Shown in pieces: positions 54,301 through 64,000 of a stretch of DNA of 64,000 bases. This DNA is from Bacteroidota bacterium (GTDB lineage: Bacteria > Bacteroidota > Bacteroidia > NS11-12g > UBA955): positions 105,366 to 169,365 of the forward strand of contig CAUJCT010000019.1 of assembly GCA_963169345.1 (NCBI GenBank), read 5' to 3'. Position numbers and translations under genes: made by a program. How positions within the stretch are numbered: position 1 is the first letter of the stretch; every line of letters starts with the position of its first letter. Below the pieces are notes generated by a model. That model searched no databases. It saw only the letters and a program-made list of their open reading frames with translations, and was not told the origin of the DNA.

Positions 54301-54738
54301 ATGTTAAAGCGACTTTTATATAGCGAGAATGAAAGGACAACCATCCTCATTCGCCTGATGCTTGGCGCAGTGTTTTTATCGGAGGGTATTCAGAAATTTT
54401 TATTTTCTGAAACTCTGGGAGCTGGCAGATTTGAGAAGATTGGGTTGCCCAACGCTGATTTTTTGGGGCCATTTGTTGCAACTCTGGAGATAGTGAGTGG
54501 TGTGGGGATATTATTTGGCTGTTTAAGTAGGATATTTGCTACAGTTACTTGTTTTATTATGTTTGTGGCTATAATTACTACAAAGTTAGATGTGTTACAA
54601 GATGAAGGCTTTTGGCAAATGATGCATGGAAGTCGCACAGATTGGGCCATGCTTTTAGGAAGTGTTTTCTTGATTTTTAAAGGCTCAGGTAAGTGGTCGG
54701 TTGATAATTGGATATTGAATTTTAAACAATGGAAATAG
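54301..54738 (+). CDS. DoxX-family membrane protein
   Basis: 145 aa with 4 TM segments. Pattern RLMLGAVFLSEGIQKF…G…E.VSGVGILFG is typical of DoxX. Confidence 0.6.
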   Translation: MLKRLLYSENERTTILIRLMLGAVFLSEGIQKFLFSETLGAGRFEKIGLPNADFLGPFVATLEIVSGVGILFGCLSRIFATVTCFIMFVAIITTKLDVLQDEGFWQMMHGSRTDWAMLLGSVFLIFKGSGKWSVDNWILNFKQWK

Positions 54739-55502
54739 TAATTATGTCTCTGGTGGCTTTTGTAGTCGCCATTCTAACATTCTTTTCGGGATTTGGTTTA
54801 GGTACCATTCTGACGCCTGTTTTTATGATTTATTTTCCTGTAGATTTAGCTATTGGACTTACCGGAGTTGTACATTTTTTGAATAACATTTTTAAGTTAT
54901 TACTGGTAGGAAAGGGCGCTGATAAAAATACACTTTTAAGATTTGGATTACCTGCAGTACTGGCAGCTTTTGCTGGAGCCTGGTTGTTGTTTCAGATTCC
55001 GGATGTTGAGCCCCTTTTCAGCTATGAAGCTTTTAATCGTCATTTTGAAGTGTCACCTCTTAAGTTCATTATTTCAATTTTGTTGTTATTTTTTGCTGTT
55101 CTCGATTTGGTGCCTTTTCTTAATAAAATTAAATTCGAAGACAAACACATGCCTGTTGGAGGGATTTTAAGTGGTTTTTTTGGCGGACTTTCGGGTAATC
55201 AAGGCGCCTTGCGAAGTGCTTTCCTAATTCGTTCGAAACTCAAAAAAGAAACTTTTATAGCCACGACGGTTGTTATTTCCTGTTTTGTCGATTTTAGCAG
55301 ATTGTCAGTTTATGCATCCAGATTTTCTTTAGATGATTTAAATGCACACACAACATTGGTGATATGTGCTACATTATCTGCTATTGCCGGTGCTTTTTTG
55401 GGCAATAAATTGTTGAAGAAAGTAACATTTAAATTTGTCCAAACAATAGTAGCCATCATGCTCATAGTGCTTTCACTTGCATTGGGTGCTGGAGTGATTT
55501 AA
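54729..55502 (+). CDS. TauE/SafE (DUF81) family sulfite/anion exporter-like membrane protein
   Basis: 257 aa, polytopic with two internally repeated halves (…FFSGFGLGTILTPVFM… and …GILSGFFGGLSGNQGALRSAFLI…). Confidence 0.65.
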   Translation: MEIVIMSLVAFVVAILTFFSGFGLGTILTPVFMIYFPVDLAIGLTGVVHFLNNIFKLLLVGKGADKNTLLRFGLPAVLAAFAGAWLLFQIPDVEPLFSYEAFNRHFEVSPLKFIISILLLFFAVLDLVPFLNKIKFEDKHMPVGGILSGFFGGLSGNQGALRSAFLIRSKLKKETFIATTVVISCFVDFSRLSVYASRFSLDDLNAHTTLVICATLSAIAGAFLGNKLLKKVTFKFVQTIVAIMLIVLSLALGAGVI

Positions 55503-55654
55503 TTTGTGTCAGATTCTGTTATACTAATCAGAAAAAATAGATTCACACTTTTTGGACTCAGTTGAACGAATTAAAATTCTCCATCTAAATTGGTCCTTCT
55601 GTTTGATTTGGTAAATAGAATAGAATGATAAAATTTCAGTAAACAACCTGAATA

Positions 55655-57265
55655 CTAAAATTTAATCCATTGTTCGGCCATTACTTTGTCATCACTAACA
55701 CGCAAAACGATTGTGTAGATTCCGGAACTCAATTCAGATACATCTATGTTTGGATTTGAATAATCAATAGTGATATCTTTCATTACTATTTTACCCGTGT
55801 TATTGTAAATATCTGCTTTGACAGGGGTTCTGTAATAATCGAAAAACCGTGGTAAAATATGCAGCACATCCTGCACAGGATTTGGATAAATGAAATGATT
55901 GAAACTGAAGTTGTATTTGTAAGGTGCTTGAAATCGGGAGCGCCATAATTCACGGCCATGTGTATTATCCATACAATTAAAATACAATTCACCACTCATA
56001 ACAATACTGCTTGTTGGAAGCATATTTTTAGTTGGGTCATTACTTATTGTTGTAATGAGGTAAGCTGAATCATCGCGAATCTCGAACAATGCTTGACGAA
56101 AATCCTTGGTAAAGCCGAAGAACAATAATTTTTGTTCTGTAGTTATAAATCCATGGAAAATGGGATGTAACTCTATCCCTTGTTTGAAGTGTACTTTATG
56201 TGCCTTTTCATTTTCATCTATGTATGCAATTTGTTCTTCCAAATCAAAATTGTAATTGATATACAATCTGTTTTGAAATACTTTTAGTTTTCTTGGGAAT
56301 AAACTAGTGGCTCCTTGCACAACTGGAATTATCTTTGTTCCAGTATCTGTTCCATCAGAACGCCATAATTGATAATGGCCAATTAAATTATCAGATGTGT
56401 TAAAATACACCCGTCCATTATAAGCACATAAAAGTTGGGTATTACTACCAATATATCCTTGTATAAAATCTTTGACTAAATAGGTGCCGGTGGTTGTCAA
56501 ATCTGTTACCCATAGCTCCCGCCCGGTAGCACTGTCATTTGCTGTAAAAAATGTTTGATTGCCGACTGTTGTAAAGTAGTCAGGAATGTCGTAATAATTG
56601 TTTCGAAATTGTTTGATAAACACAAAGTCATTGATGCCCGGATCAAATTTAAACATATTAAAAAGCATGATGCTCGGGCTTATGTTGTCATATTCTATTG
56701 CTACCAGTTTGCCTTGAATATTGTGAAGAGCTTTAGGCATTTTTATTAATCCTGATGAGTTGAAATGACTGATCATGATGGTGCCGTTTGATGTTCCGTC
56801 AGTTCTCCAAACTTGATATTTATGGATGTTACTGTACGCTATAAAATAGACAGTATCGTTTATACTCGTAAGTCCCATTGGGGGATAATTTTTTAAATTT
56901 CCAGGTAAAATATCTTTTAAGAGAAATGAGGTATTTTTATTTCTGTCATAGCACCAAATTTCAGGGCCATGTTGTATATCTGCATAAATAAAATAAACCT
57001 TTCCATTAGCAGATATAATTTGTTTATTGAAACTTTGCACCGGATGTGGGAGATCTTTAATAGCAACAGTTCCGGCAGCAGTTCCATTGCTTCTCCAAAT
57101 CTCATTTTGACCTGTATAGAAGTATATTTCATTGTTCATGACATGAAAACTATCAGGGGAAGAAGAAACTTCTCCATCCACGATATCTTTCAACATGCTT
57201 ATTTGAGTATATGCATTAAAATAAGGCAGCAACAAGCATAAAAGAACAAGGAACCTTTTTTTCAT
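55655..57265 (-). CDS. secreted ELWxxDGT-repeat protein with T9SS C-terminal sorting domain
   Basis: Repeats EIWRSNGTAAGT / QVWRTDGTSNGT / ELWVTDLTTTGT / QLWRSDGTDTGT. C-terminus FIYPNPVQDVLHI…GIYTIVLRVSDDKVMAEQWIKF. Confidence 0.7.
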   Translation of the reverse strand: MKKRFLVLLCLLLPYFNAYTQISMLKDIVDGEVSSSPDSFHVMNNEIYFYTGQNEIWRSNGTAAGTVAIKDLPHPVQSFNKQIISANGKVYFIYADIQHGPEIWCYDRNKNTSFLLKDILPGNLKNYPPMGLTSINDTVYFIAYSNIHKYQVWRTDGTSNGTIMISHFNSSGLIKMPKALHNIQGKLVAIEYDNISPSIMLFNMFKFDPGINDFVFIKQFRNNYYDIPDYFTTVGNQTFFTANDSATGRELWVTDLTTTGTYLVKDFIQGYIGSNTQLLCAYNGRVYFNTSDNLIGHYQLWRSDGTDTGTKIIPVVQGATSLFPRKLKVFQNRLYINYNFDLEEQIAYIDENEKAHKVHFKQGIELHPIFHGFITTEQKLLFFGFTKDFRQALFEIRDDSAYLITTISNDPTKNMLPTSSIVMSGELYFNCMDNTHGRELWRSRFQAPYKYNFSFNHFIYPNPVQDVLHILPRFFDYYRTPVKADIYNNTGKIVMKDITIDYSNPNIDVSELSSGIYTIVLRVSDDKVMAEQWIKF

Positions 57266-57638
57266 TGTGTTTTATATTTAAACCAAAAATAGTTTAATTT
57301 CTTGATAGAATTAAAGTTTAATAAATCATATTTTGGACATATTTTCAATTGTTTATAAATGAAAGCATTATACTCAATATCAAATTTTATCACTTACCTT
57401 TGATAAGAAATAGATGCTAAAAAAGTTAAGGATATTTATTCTGATAAGTTTGACTAAGTCAGATTTTAGTAATGGAAGTGAAAAAAATGAATTGAAAAGG
57501 GTGCTGAATCAACTGAGTTTAAAGTTGAATTAAATTTATCAATGTACTTTTGATACAACTATATTTTCTAAGTACAAAGTAATTGCAATCTGTCAATAGG
57601 ATTGATGTATGCGTCCGTTTGAAGAATTTATCTTTTAA

Positions 57639-59879
57639 TTAATAGTTCAAAGCCAATCCCAGTCCATAGCCCATGTCACTGTCGTAATGTGCCCTTATTC
57701 CTATGTTTCTGCTGACTATATAACGCAGGTCCATCATGTATTCTTTGTCTGAATTAAGCATAAAGCCCATGCGCAAACGTTTACTTAAAGGAATGTCTTC
57801 TCTTGAAAGTGATAATCGGACGATACCATCATGATAAGCCTCCGCCTGAAAATTAATCAGCATTGGCAATAAGGCAGTAAAACCAATACTAATTGCCCTT
57901 CGGGTGTCTTTTTCGTTTTTTTGATTAAAAATATTGGTCTCATGTAAATCAATTCCCATTTTTCTATATCTCCAGTCAAAGCCTGCGAATACGGCCAATC
58001 TTTGCATTTTGCCGAAGTGCCGATTCAGATGGGTCTCTACTTCGTAGCCATGCATGTCGTTATAGCCTAAACGCCATTCTGAGCTCAGACTCCATCTTGC
58101 ATTCATGAGCATCCACTCTCCATCATTGCCATTACTTGCAATATCATTTTGTGCAGTGAAATGAATCATGTTACTTTCCATTTGTAGCATCCTGTATGCC
58201 ATCGATTTATTCATGATTCTTGGATTGTGATAATTGCCAACTTCAAATACTCTGTTCATGCCAGCCATCATGTGATAGAGGATATGGCAATGAAAGAACC
58301 AGTCGCCTTCTGTGTTGGCAATGAATTCTATTGTATCTGTTTCCATTGGCATAATATCTATGATGTTTTTTAATGGAGAACTGTCACCATGTGAATTGAG
58401 TAATCTGAAATCGAAACCATGTAAATGAATGGGATGTCGCATCATGGAATTGTTATAAAGCACAATTCTTAAAATCTCGCCTTTTTTAACCGGAATTTTA
58501 TCACTTTCTGACAGTACTCTATTATCCATGCTCCACACATAACGACTCATATTTCCTGTCAGAATAAATTTTAGTGACTTGACCGGAGCTTCGGGCAGTT
58601 TTGTGTTAAATGGCGATTTAAGCATATCGTAATTTAAAGTCACTATGTTACTCAAAGCGTTGGAATTATATCTGTTTGGATCGCTTTCTTCCTGTTTGTT
58701 TCTCTTTTTTGAATGACCTGTGATTTCAGGGTACATGACAATGTTCATGTCCATTTTATTGAGACTCATATTCATACCCATGTCATCTAAATTGCCATTG
58801 AATTTCATCATGTCATTCATCATTTTCATCCCATCAAAATATTTAAGTCTGCTTAAAGGTTCTAATCGTTTTTCCTGGCCATTGCCAATCAACAAACTTG
58901 CCGACTGAGTGCGGTCTTCTGTAGTCGCCATTAATTCGTACGAAAACCCATCTTCAGGAATCTGTACAATGATGTCGTACGTTTCGGAAACTGCGATGAT
59001 AAGTCTGTCGACTTCAACCGGTACAACATCGTTGCCATCGCTTGCTACCACTGTCATTTTACCACCAGAATATCTCAGCCAGAAATAAGATGAAGCTCCT
59101 CCATTGGATATACGGAGTCTGATTTTATCACCACCTTTGATGCTTTGATTATTTATAGAATTGATTTTAGATTGAATCTGGCCATTCAGCAATACTGCGT
59201 CGTAATACACATCACTAACATCCATGGCAGTCATTCGTTTCCATTCATTAGTAAGTTTGGTGCCAAATCGACCGCTTATAATAGATTCCGAGTAGCTTTG
59301 AGTAGCGCCTTTTCGTATTGCAAACCAATCATTGGCAGCACTCAACATTCGCTGTACATTTTTAGGGTTAAGGTTGGTCCATTCACTCAGTATGATTGGA
59401 ATTTCAGGAAGGTCGTCTATACCCGGTCGAAAATATTTATCGTCTTTTCTCTTGTGTATAATAAGGTTACCATACATGCCAATTTGTTCCTGGAGGCCGG
59501 TATGAGAATGGTACCAGTGTGTGCCATTTTGAATAAGCGGAAATTTATAGGTGTAAATGGAATGTGCAGGTATAGGCATTTGTGTAAGAAAGGGAACGCC
59601 ATCTTCCTTATTGGGTAAAAATATGCCATGCCAGTGCAAGGAAGTGCTTTCATTCATTAAATTATGCACGACAATTTCTGCTGTATCACCTTCTGTAAAT
59701 TCGAGTGTGGGCATGGGTATCTGACCATTAACTGCAATGGCTTTTTTGGTTTTGCCTGCGTAATTAACCATCGTATCGTTGATGTATAGGTCGTAATGAA
59801 CCAGTTTCTGTGCAAAAACAGTTGTATTGATAATGGCTAGAAGCCACACAAGGAGTAAAATGATATATGCTCTATACAT
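57639..59879 (-). CDS. multicopper oxidase (CopA-type) fused to a C-terminal CopB-like outer-membrane domain
   Basis: Copper-site motifs HWHG, WYHSHTG, HPIHLHG, HCHILYHMMAGM. A ~200-aa C-terminal extension ends …GLGLALNY (beta-barrel-like terminus). Confidence 0.75.
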   Translation of the reverse strand: MYRAYIILLLVWLLAIINTTVFAQKLVHYDLYINDTMVNYAGKTKKAIAVNGQIPMPTLEFTEGDTAEIVVHNLMNESTSLHWHGIFLPNKEDGVPFLTQMPIPAHSIYTYKFPLIQNGTHWYHSHTGLQEQIGMYGNLIIHKRKDDKYFRPGIDDLPEIPIILSEWTNLNPKNVQRMLSAANDWFAIRKGATQSYSESIISGRFGTKLTNEWKRMTAMDVSDVYYDAVLLNGQIQSKINSINNQSIKGGDKIRLRISNGGASSYFWLRYSGGKMTVVASDGNDVVPVEVDRLIIAVSETYDIIVQIPEDGFSYELMATTEDRTQSASLLIGNGQEKRLEPLSRLKYFDGMKMMNDMMKFNGNLDDMGMNMSLNKMDMNIVMYPEITGHSKKRNKQEESDPNRYNSNALSNIVTLNYDMLKSPFNTKLPEAPVKSLKFILTGNMSRYVWSMDNRVLSESDKIPVKKGEILRIVLYNNSMMRHPIHLHGFDFRLLNSHGDSSPLKNIIDIMPMETDTIEFIANTEGDWFFHCHILYHMMAGMNRVFEVGNYHNPRIMNKSMAYRMLQMESNMIHFTAQNDIASNGNDGEWMLMNARWSLSSEWRLGYNDMHGYEVETHLNRHFGKMQRLAVFAGFDWRYRKMGIDLHETNIFNQKNEKDTRRAISIGFTALLPMLINFQAEAYHDGIVRLSLSREDIPLSKRLRMGFMLNSDKEYMMDLRYIVSRNIGIRAHYDSDMGYGLGLALNY

Positions 59880-59895
59880 CTTATTTATTGTTTAT

Positions 59896-60357
59896 TTATT
59901 GTTTTGAGTTTTTATACTTTTTGAAATGATTTTGATTTTCGAAATACAATACTTCATCGTTGTCTGAGATGGCAATATAGGCATGAGCTTTATTGACTTT
60001 GGTTTGACTGTAAGGGTCGATGGCGAATCGTGTTTCCGGATTGTTTTTAAGCTGTTCTTCACACATGTTGCAACATCCGTAGTATACAATATAATTAATT
60101 TTAACAGGAATTTGTGGCTCACCCATGTATTTGTTGTTAACCATGCAGACCAGGTTGGCAGGAATAGAATCTGTTAGTGTTAATTGACTGTTTGTATTCA
60201 TTCCATCCGCTTTGAATTGTTGATTACAAGACATGATCATGATAGATAAAATAGCGAAGCCAAGAGTCAATAATTTTCTGCAACCATTGCTTAGATTCAA
60301 TTCCCGGATTTGTACTTTCTGTATATGGAACATACTTTCTCGCTTGTGACTCTTCAT
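59896..60357 (-). CDS. periplasmic/lipoprotein YHS-like metal-binding domain protein
   Basis: …KINYIVYYGCCNMCEEQLKNNPE… resembles YHS/TRASH pattern (YYFCS..C…F..NPE). Lipobox-like LSIMIMSC near the N-terminus. The start codon is uncertain. Confidence 0.45.
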   Translation of the reverse strand: MKSHKRESMFHIQKVQIRELNLSNGCRKLLTLGFAILSIMIMSCNQQFKADGMNTNSQLTLTDSIPANLVCMVNNKYMGEPQIPVKINYIVYYGCCNMCEEQLKNNPETRFAIDPYSQTKVNKAHAYIAISDNDEVLYFENQNHFKKYKNSKQ

Positions 60358-60803
60358 TACAATTTTTTTGTTTCTACGACTTTTCCGCAGTTAAGCATTG
60401 AAGAACCGTAATAAGGGTTTTTGATTTCTTTTTCACGACTGATCCAATACGCTTTCTTCATAGGACAGTACTGGTAGTACAATGGACCTTTAACTGAATC
60501 ATTGTTTTTGACCAATTGCCACATTAAAGTAGAGACTTCTTTGAAATTGGTTCGTTTCTTTTCTAAATCAGCTGACTTGGATAATTTTTCTACAGCTTTA
60601 ATAAGTGATTTTTTTTCTTTGAATTCAGCTTCCTTTTTGAGGTCACTCAGAAAGACATCAATTGCTTTTTTTGATTCTTCATTATTGCTGTTTACCAGGG
60701 CATTTTTTATTACTAGATAATCATCCAGTAATTTGTTTGCATCGATGGCATAGGATGTTTGATGAAACAAAGCCATAGCCAGTAATAGGATTAAATTTTT
60801 CAT
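60357..60803 (-). CDS. DUF3347-like periplasmic protein of copper-resistance clusters
   Basis: 148 aa with signal peptide. C-terminal YYQYCPMKKAYWISREKEIKNPYYGSSMLNCG pattern. Confidence 0.5.
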   Translation of the reverse strand: MKNLILLLAMALFHQTSYAIDANKLLDDYLVIKNALVNSNNEESKKAIDVFLSDLKKEAEFKEKKSLIKAVEKLSKSADLEKKRTNFKEVSTLMWQLVKNNDSVKGPLYYQYCPMKKAYWISREKEIKNPYYGSSMLNCGKVVETKKL

Positions 60804-60814
60804 TGTTGTTTAAA

Positions 60815-61036
60815 TTAAGGTTGAATGAGTTCTATTTGATATCCCAGTGATTGTATGGTGTCTTCTATACTGTCTGTATTAGCTGAAACACTAACAACGG
60901 TGAGGATTTTGTCGGCATGGTTGGTGTCCACTTCCCACCTTTCAATATCCTTTAAATTGTCCATTCCAGATTGTATGCTTCTGACACAGCCACTGCATTT
61001 GATATTTGTTTTGAATTTATAAATGTTGTTTGACAT
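60815..61036 (-). CDS. heavy-metal-associated (HMA) domain copper chaperone, CopZ-like
   Basis: 73 aa, …FKTNIKCSGCVRSIQSGM… (metal-binding CxxC in HMA fold context). Confidence 0.65.
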   Translation of the reverse strand: MSNNIYKFKTNIKCSGCVRSIQSGMDNLKDIERWEVDTNHADKILTVVSVSANTDSIEDTIQSLGYQIELIQP

Positions 61037-61051
61037 ATTGATAAAATTATT

Positions 61052-61306
61052 TTATGGATTTACTACGCAGCAAGCAGAATGGCATTCAGCTTTTTCAGTA
61101 TCGGTATCAATTGAAGTGCTGTATCCGGCATCTTCAATTGATTGAATGACTTTTGATTTCAGTATATCCGATTCCAACATGATTTTAACGGAGCCTTTGG
61201 TGAGTTCCTGAATTTGTACACCATTGATTTGATCAATTGCGTTTTTCACTCTTTGCATACAATGTGAACTCTGCATGCCTGGTATTTGAATGTTTATGGG
61301 TTTCAT
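61052..61306 (-). CDS. HMA-like domain protein with variant metal site (MQSSHC) and C-terminal Cys cluster
   Basis: 84 aa, IQIPGMQSSHCMQRVKNAI… in place of the GMxCxxC pattern. Ends …AECHSACCVVNP. Confidence 0.45.
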   Translation of the reverse strand: MKPINIQIPGMQSSHCMQRVKNAIDQINGVQIQELTKGSVKIMLESDILKSKVIQSIEDAGYSTSIDTDTEKAECHSACCVVNP

Positions 61307-61482
61307 CTTTTATATAAATTAGTAATACAAAATTCTTAAAATTGGATGTATGAGCTGTTGTATTATTTTGGTTATGAGTTATGAAATTTACGTTTTAAAT
61401 TTTTTTTAATTGCCTTTATAACGTAATTGTTTATTATGAGTTTATATAGTTATAACAACAGTTTAGCGATAGTTGTATTCAA

Positions 61483-63900
61483 TTAATTTCTCTTGAGTTT
61501 TAATCTCAGACTATTGCTAACGACACTGACACTGCTCAATGCCATAGCGGCGCCCGCTATCATGGGGTTAAGTAAAAAACCATTGAAAGGGTACAAAATA
61601 CCTGCAGCAATAGGAATGCCTATGAGGTTGTAAATAAATGCCCAGAATAAATTCTGCCTGATAGTATTCACTGTATGTTTGGATAAAGTAATAGCCTGAT
61701 GAATTTTGGATAAATCGGATGAGATAATCGTCATTTTAGCCGCTTCAATGGCTATATCACTTCCTTTACCCATTGCTATGCTGAGGTCGGCAGTGGCAAG
61801 TGCTGCACTGTCATTAATGCCGTCTCCAACCATTGCTACTATTTTACCTTGTTGTTGAAGTGATTGAATAAATTCAACTTTCTGATGAGGTAATACATCA
61901 GATTTGAATGATTTAATCCCTGTTTGTCTGGCAACTGCCAAAGCCGAATTATAGTTGTCTCCGGTTAACATATAAACATCAATACCCAATTGTGTTAATT
62001 CTTCAATGGCGGCTTTTGAGTTGGGTTTAATTTGATCGGTAATGGATATAGCTGCAAGAGCTTGTTTACTGTCAGCAAACCAAATAAGCGTTTGTGCTTT
62101 TTGATTCATAGACTTTGTAAATTCATTGAGCTCCTCAGGGATAGAAATATTGTTTTCTTTAAGCAGACTACCATTGCCAATATAATAAACATCTTGATTG
62201 TATTGAGCTTTTGCGCCTTTCCCGGTAACGCTTTCAAAATTGTTTATTTCAACTATGTCAGCCTCTTTTAATTTGTTTACAACAGCTTCTGCTAATGGAT
62301 GCTCAGAGTGTTTTTCAATGCTGAATAAGATGTTTTCATGTGTTTTAGATTTATTCAACCATTTTATTTCTGAAACTACAGGATGTCCAATTGTGATAGT
62401 GCCTGTTTTATCGAGAACAATAGCATTCACTTTTTTAGCTATTTCTAAACTTTCAGCATCCCTGATTAAGATACCGGATTCGGCACCTTTACCTACCCCC
62501 ACCATAATGGCGGTTGGTGTAGCCAGCCCAAGTGCACAAGGACATGCTATAACAAGCACTGTTACAGAAGTCATGAGACCTTGAACAAATCCATTTTCAC
62601 CACCAAGAACTGTCCATAAGATGAAAGTCAGAACTGAAATTGACAAGACAACCGGAACGAATATGGCAGCTACTTTGTCAACTGTTTTTTGTACAGGTGC
62701 TTTACTTCCCTGGGCTTCTTGTACCATTTTGATGATTTGAGCCAACATGGTATCGCTTCCAATTTTATGCGCTTTAAACTTAAAACTACCTTTTTGATTG
62801 ATAGTTCCGGTGAAAACTTTATCATTTAGGCTTTTCCAAACTGGAACAGGCTCTCCACTAAGCATACTCTCATCAACAAAAGACTCTCCTTCGGTTATAA
62901 TACCATCAACAGCAATCTTTTCACCTGGTTTCACTATGATAATATCATCTATTTTAACGTCATTAATGGGGATGGTTTTATGAGTTCCGTTGTTCTGAAT
63001 GATGGTGACATTTTTAGGTTGTAGTCCAATAAGTTTTTTAATTGCTGCAGAAGTGTTGCCTTTAGCTTTTTCCTCAAGCATTTTGCCAATTAAAATAAAT
63101 GTGATAACAACTGCAGAGGCTTCAAAGTAAACATGTGGATGTATACCTGCCTGATGCCAGTAATCTTCGAAAATGATGTTGATTATACTGAACAGATAAG
63201 CAATGCCTGTACTAAGTGCTACCAAAGTATCCATATTGGCTGATAGATGGTTGGCTTGTTTCCATGCATTAATAAAAAAATCTTTGCCAAACCACAAGAC
63301 AACTGGTGTAGAGAGTGCCCACATGATATAGTTGGCATAAGGTAAGTCCATTAAAAACATACCAATAATCATAAGAGGCAGGGAAAAAATGACAGACCAT
63401 ACAGTGCGGTTTTTTAATTTGAGATAGTTCTTTTGATTGATGTCTTCAATTGTGATTTCTTGCTCTTCTCTGCTTGAAATCAGTAAGTCGTATCCTATTG
63501 ATTGAACTGCCTTTTGAATGTTTTCAGGGTTGGTCATTGATGGCAGGTATTCAACTAATAAAGTAGCATTAGCAAAATTAACGGAAGCATCTATAACTCC
63601 GGGAGTGGATTTAACAATACTCTCCGCACTGATGGCACAGGATGCACAGGTCATGTGTAAGACTGGGAAACTCGATTTTATGGTGATAACATCATATCCC
63701 ATATCCTTTATGCTTTTTATTGATTTCTTAATAGCATCAGGGTCACTTACTGAGATGATAGCCTGTTTATTGTTGAGTTCAACTTTGTGTTGTTCAACCC
63801 CATTTATCTTTGAAAGCGCGTTGTCGACAATTAAGGCGCAATGTTCACTTTCAACATTTACTAATGGAAGGTAAACGGTCTCACTTTTATTATTTGCCAT
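61483..63900 (-). CDS. copper-translocating P1B-type ATPase (CopA-like) with two N-terminal HMA domains
   Basis: Two HMA sites: HCALIVDNAL (CxxxxC-like variant) and MTCASCAISAE. Transport motifs CPC (IACPCALG), DKTGT(IT), GDGINDSAALA, and TGE-type actuator region. Confidence 0.9.
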   Translation of the reverse strand: MANNKSETVYLPLVNVESEHCALIVDNALSKINGVEQHKVELNNKQAIISVSDPDAIKKSIKSIKDMGYDVITIKSSFPVLHMTCASCAISAESIVKSTPGVIDASVNFANATLLVEYLPSMTNPENIQKAVQSIGYDLLISSREEQEITIEDINQKNYLKLKNRTVWSVIFSLPLMIIGMFLMDLPYANYIMWALSTPVVLWFGKDFFINAWKQANHLSANMDTLVALSTGIAYLFSIINIIFEDYWHQAGIHPHVYFEASAVVITFILIGKMLEEKAKGNTSAAIKKLIGLQPKNVTIIQNNGTHKTIPINDVKIDDIIIVKPGEKIAVDGIITEGESFVDESMLSGEPVPVWKSLNDKVFTGTINQKGSFKFKAHKIGSDTMLAQIIKMVQEAQGSKAPVQKTVDKVAAIFVPVVLSISVLTFILWTVLGGENGFVQGLMTSVTVLVIACPCALGLATPTAIMVGVGKGAESGILIRDAESLEIAKKVNAIVLDKTGTITIGHPVVSEIKWLNKSKTHENILFSIEKHSEHPLAEAVVNKLKEADIVEINNFESVTGKGAKAQYNQDVYYIGNGSLLKENNISIPEELNEFTKSMNQKAQTLIWFADSKQALAAISITDQIKPNSKAAIEELTQLGIDVYMLTGDNYNSALAVARQTGIKSFKSDVLPHQKVEFIQSLQQQGKIVAMVGDGINDSAALATADLSIAMGKGSDIAIEAAKMTIISSDLSKIHQAITLSKHTVNTIRQNLFWAFIYNLIGIPIAAGILYPFNGFLLNPMIAGAAMALSSVSVVSNSLRLKLKRN

Positions 63901-64000
63901 ATCATTGAAATTTAATGATGCAAAACTGGCGGTTAAAAAGCAACTTAATGTTATGTAATTTTAAGTGTGGTTTGTAAGATTTACTTACACTTTATCCAAA

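Noticed and set aside
1-64000. CRISPR array or cas genes
   Set aside because: No regularly spaced short direct repeats and no Cas-like ORFs anywhere in the window. The only tandem repeats (52561-52750) are two units with non-CRISPR spacing.

Overview
This is a 64-kb AT-rich segment that looks like a Bacteroidota (Flavobacteriia/Sphingobacteriia-like) chromosome. The evidence is T9SS C-terminal sorting domains on several large surface proteins, Bacteroides-type tyrosine integrase and excisionase-like HTH genes, and a DUF3347/YHS/HMA copper cluster. Main contents, left to right: (i) The 3' end of a gene, then a tightly coupled 3-gene minus-strand operon (443-1650). (ii) A TM2-domain lipoprotein gene preceded by a GC-rich possibly structured leader. 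(iii) A LuxR-family response regulator (4057-4686) divergent from a ~23-kb plus-strand operon (4875-27869). That operon encodes a secreted protein, a Skp/OmpH-like chaperone, a lipoprotein, a 2,392-aa SpvB/TcB-like giant protein, a membrane-anchored protein, a 3,778-aa RHS/YD-repeat polymorphic toxin with an unassignable AT-rich C-terminal tip, and downstream putative immunity gene(s). (iv) T9SS cargo proteins, two of which are each split by a single in-frame TAA stop. (v) An IS1595-family transposase that is intact except for one in-frame TAG. (vi) A ~9-kb integrase-bounded island (43776-52560) carrying a 1,077-aa PLD-nuclease/SF2-helicase fusion, which I rate as the best candidate for an undescribed single-gene defence system. 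The island also carries an excisionase-like HTH, unknown cargo, a decayed second integrase fragment, an intact integrase, arm-type TTGCAAAC repeats and a 3' tRNA-Arg(TCT)-like att remnant with its terminator. (vii) DoxX/TauE membrane proteins and an ELWxxDGT-repeat T9SS protein. (viii) A copper-resistance cluster: MCO-CopB fusion, YHS, DUF3347, two HMA proteins and a Cu P-type ATPase. No rRNA, complete tRNA or CRISPR array was seen. Domain and family assignments rest on motifs I recognise by eye, not on searches.
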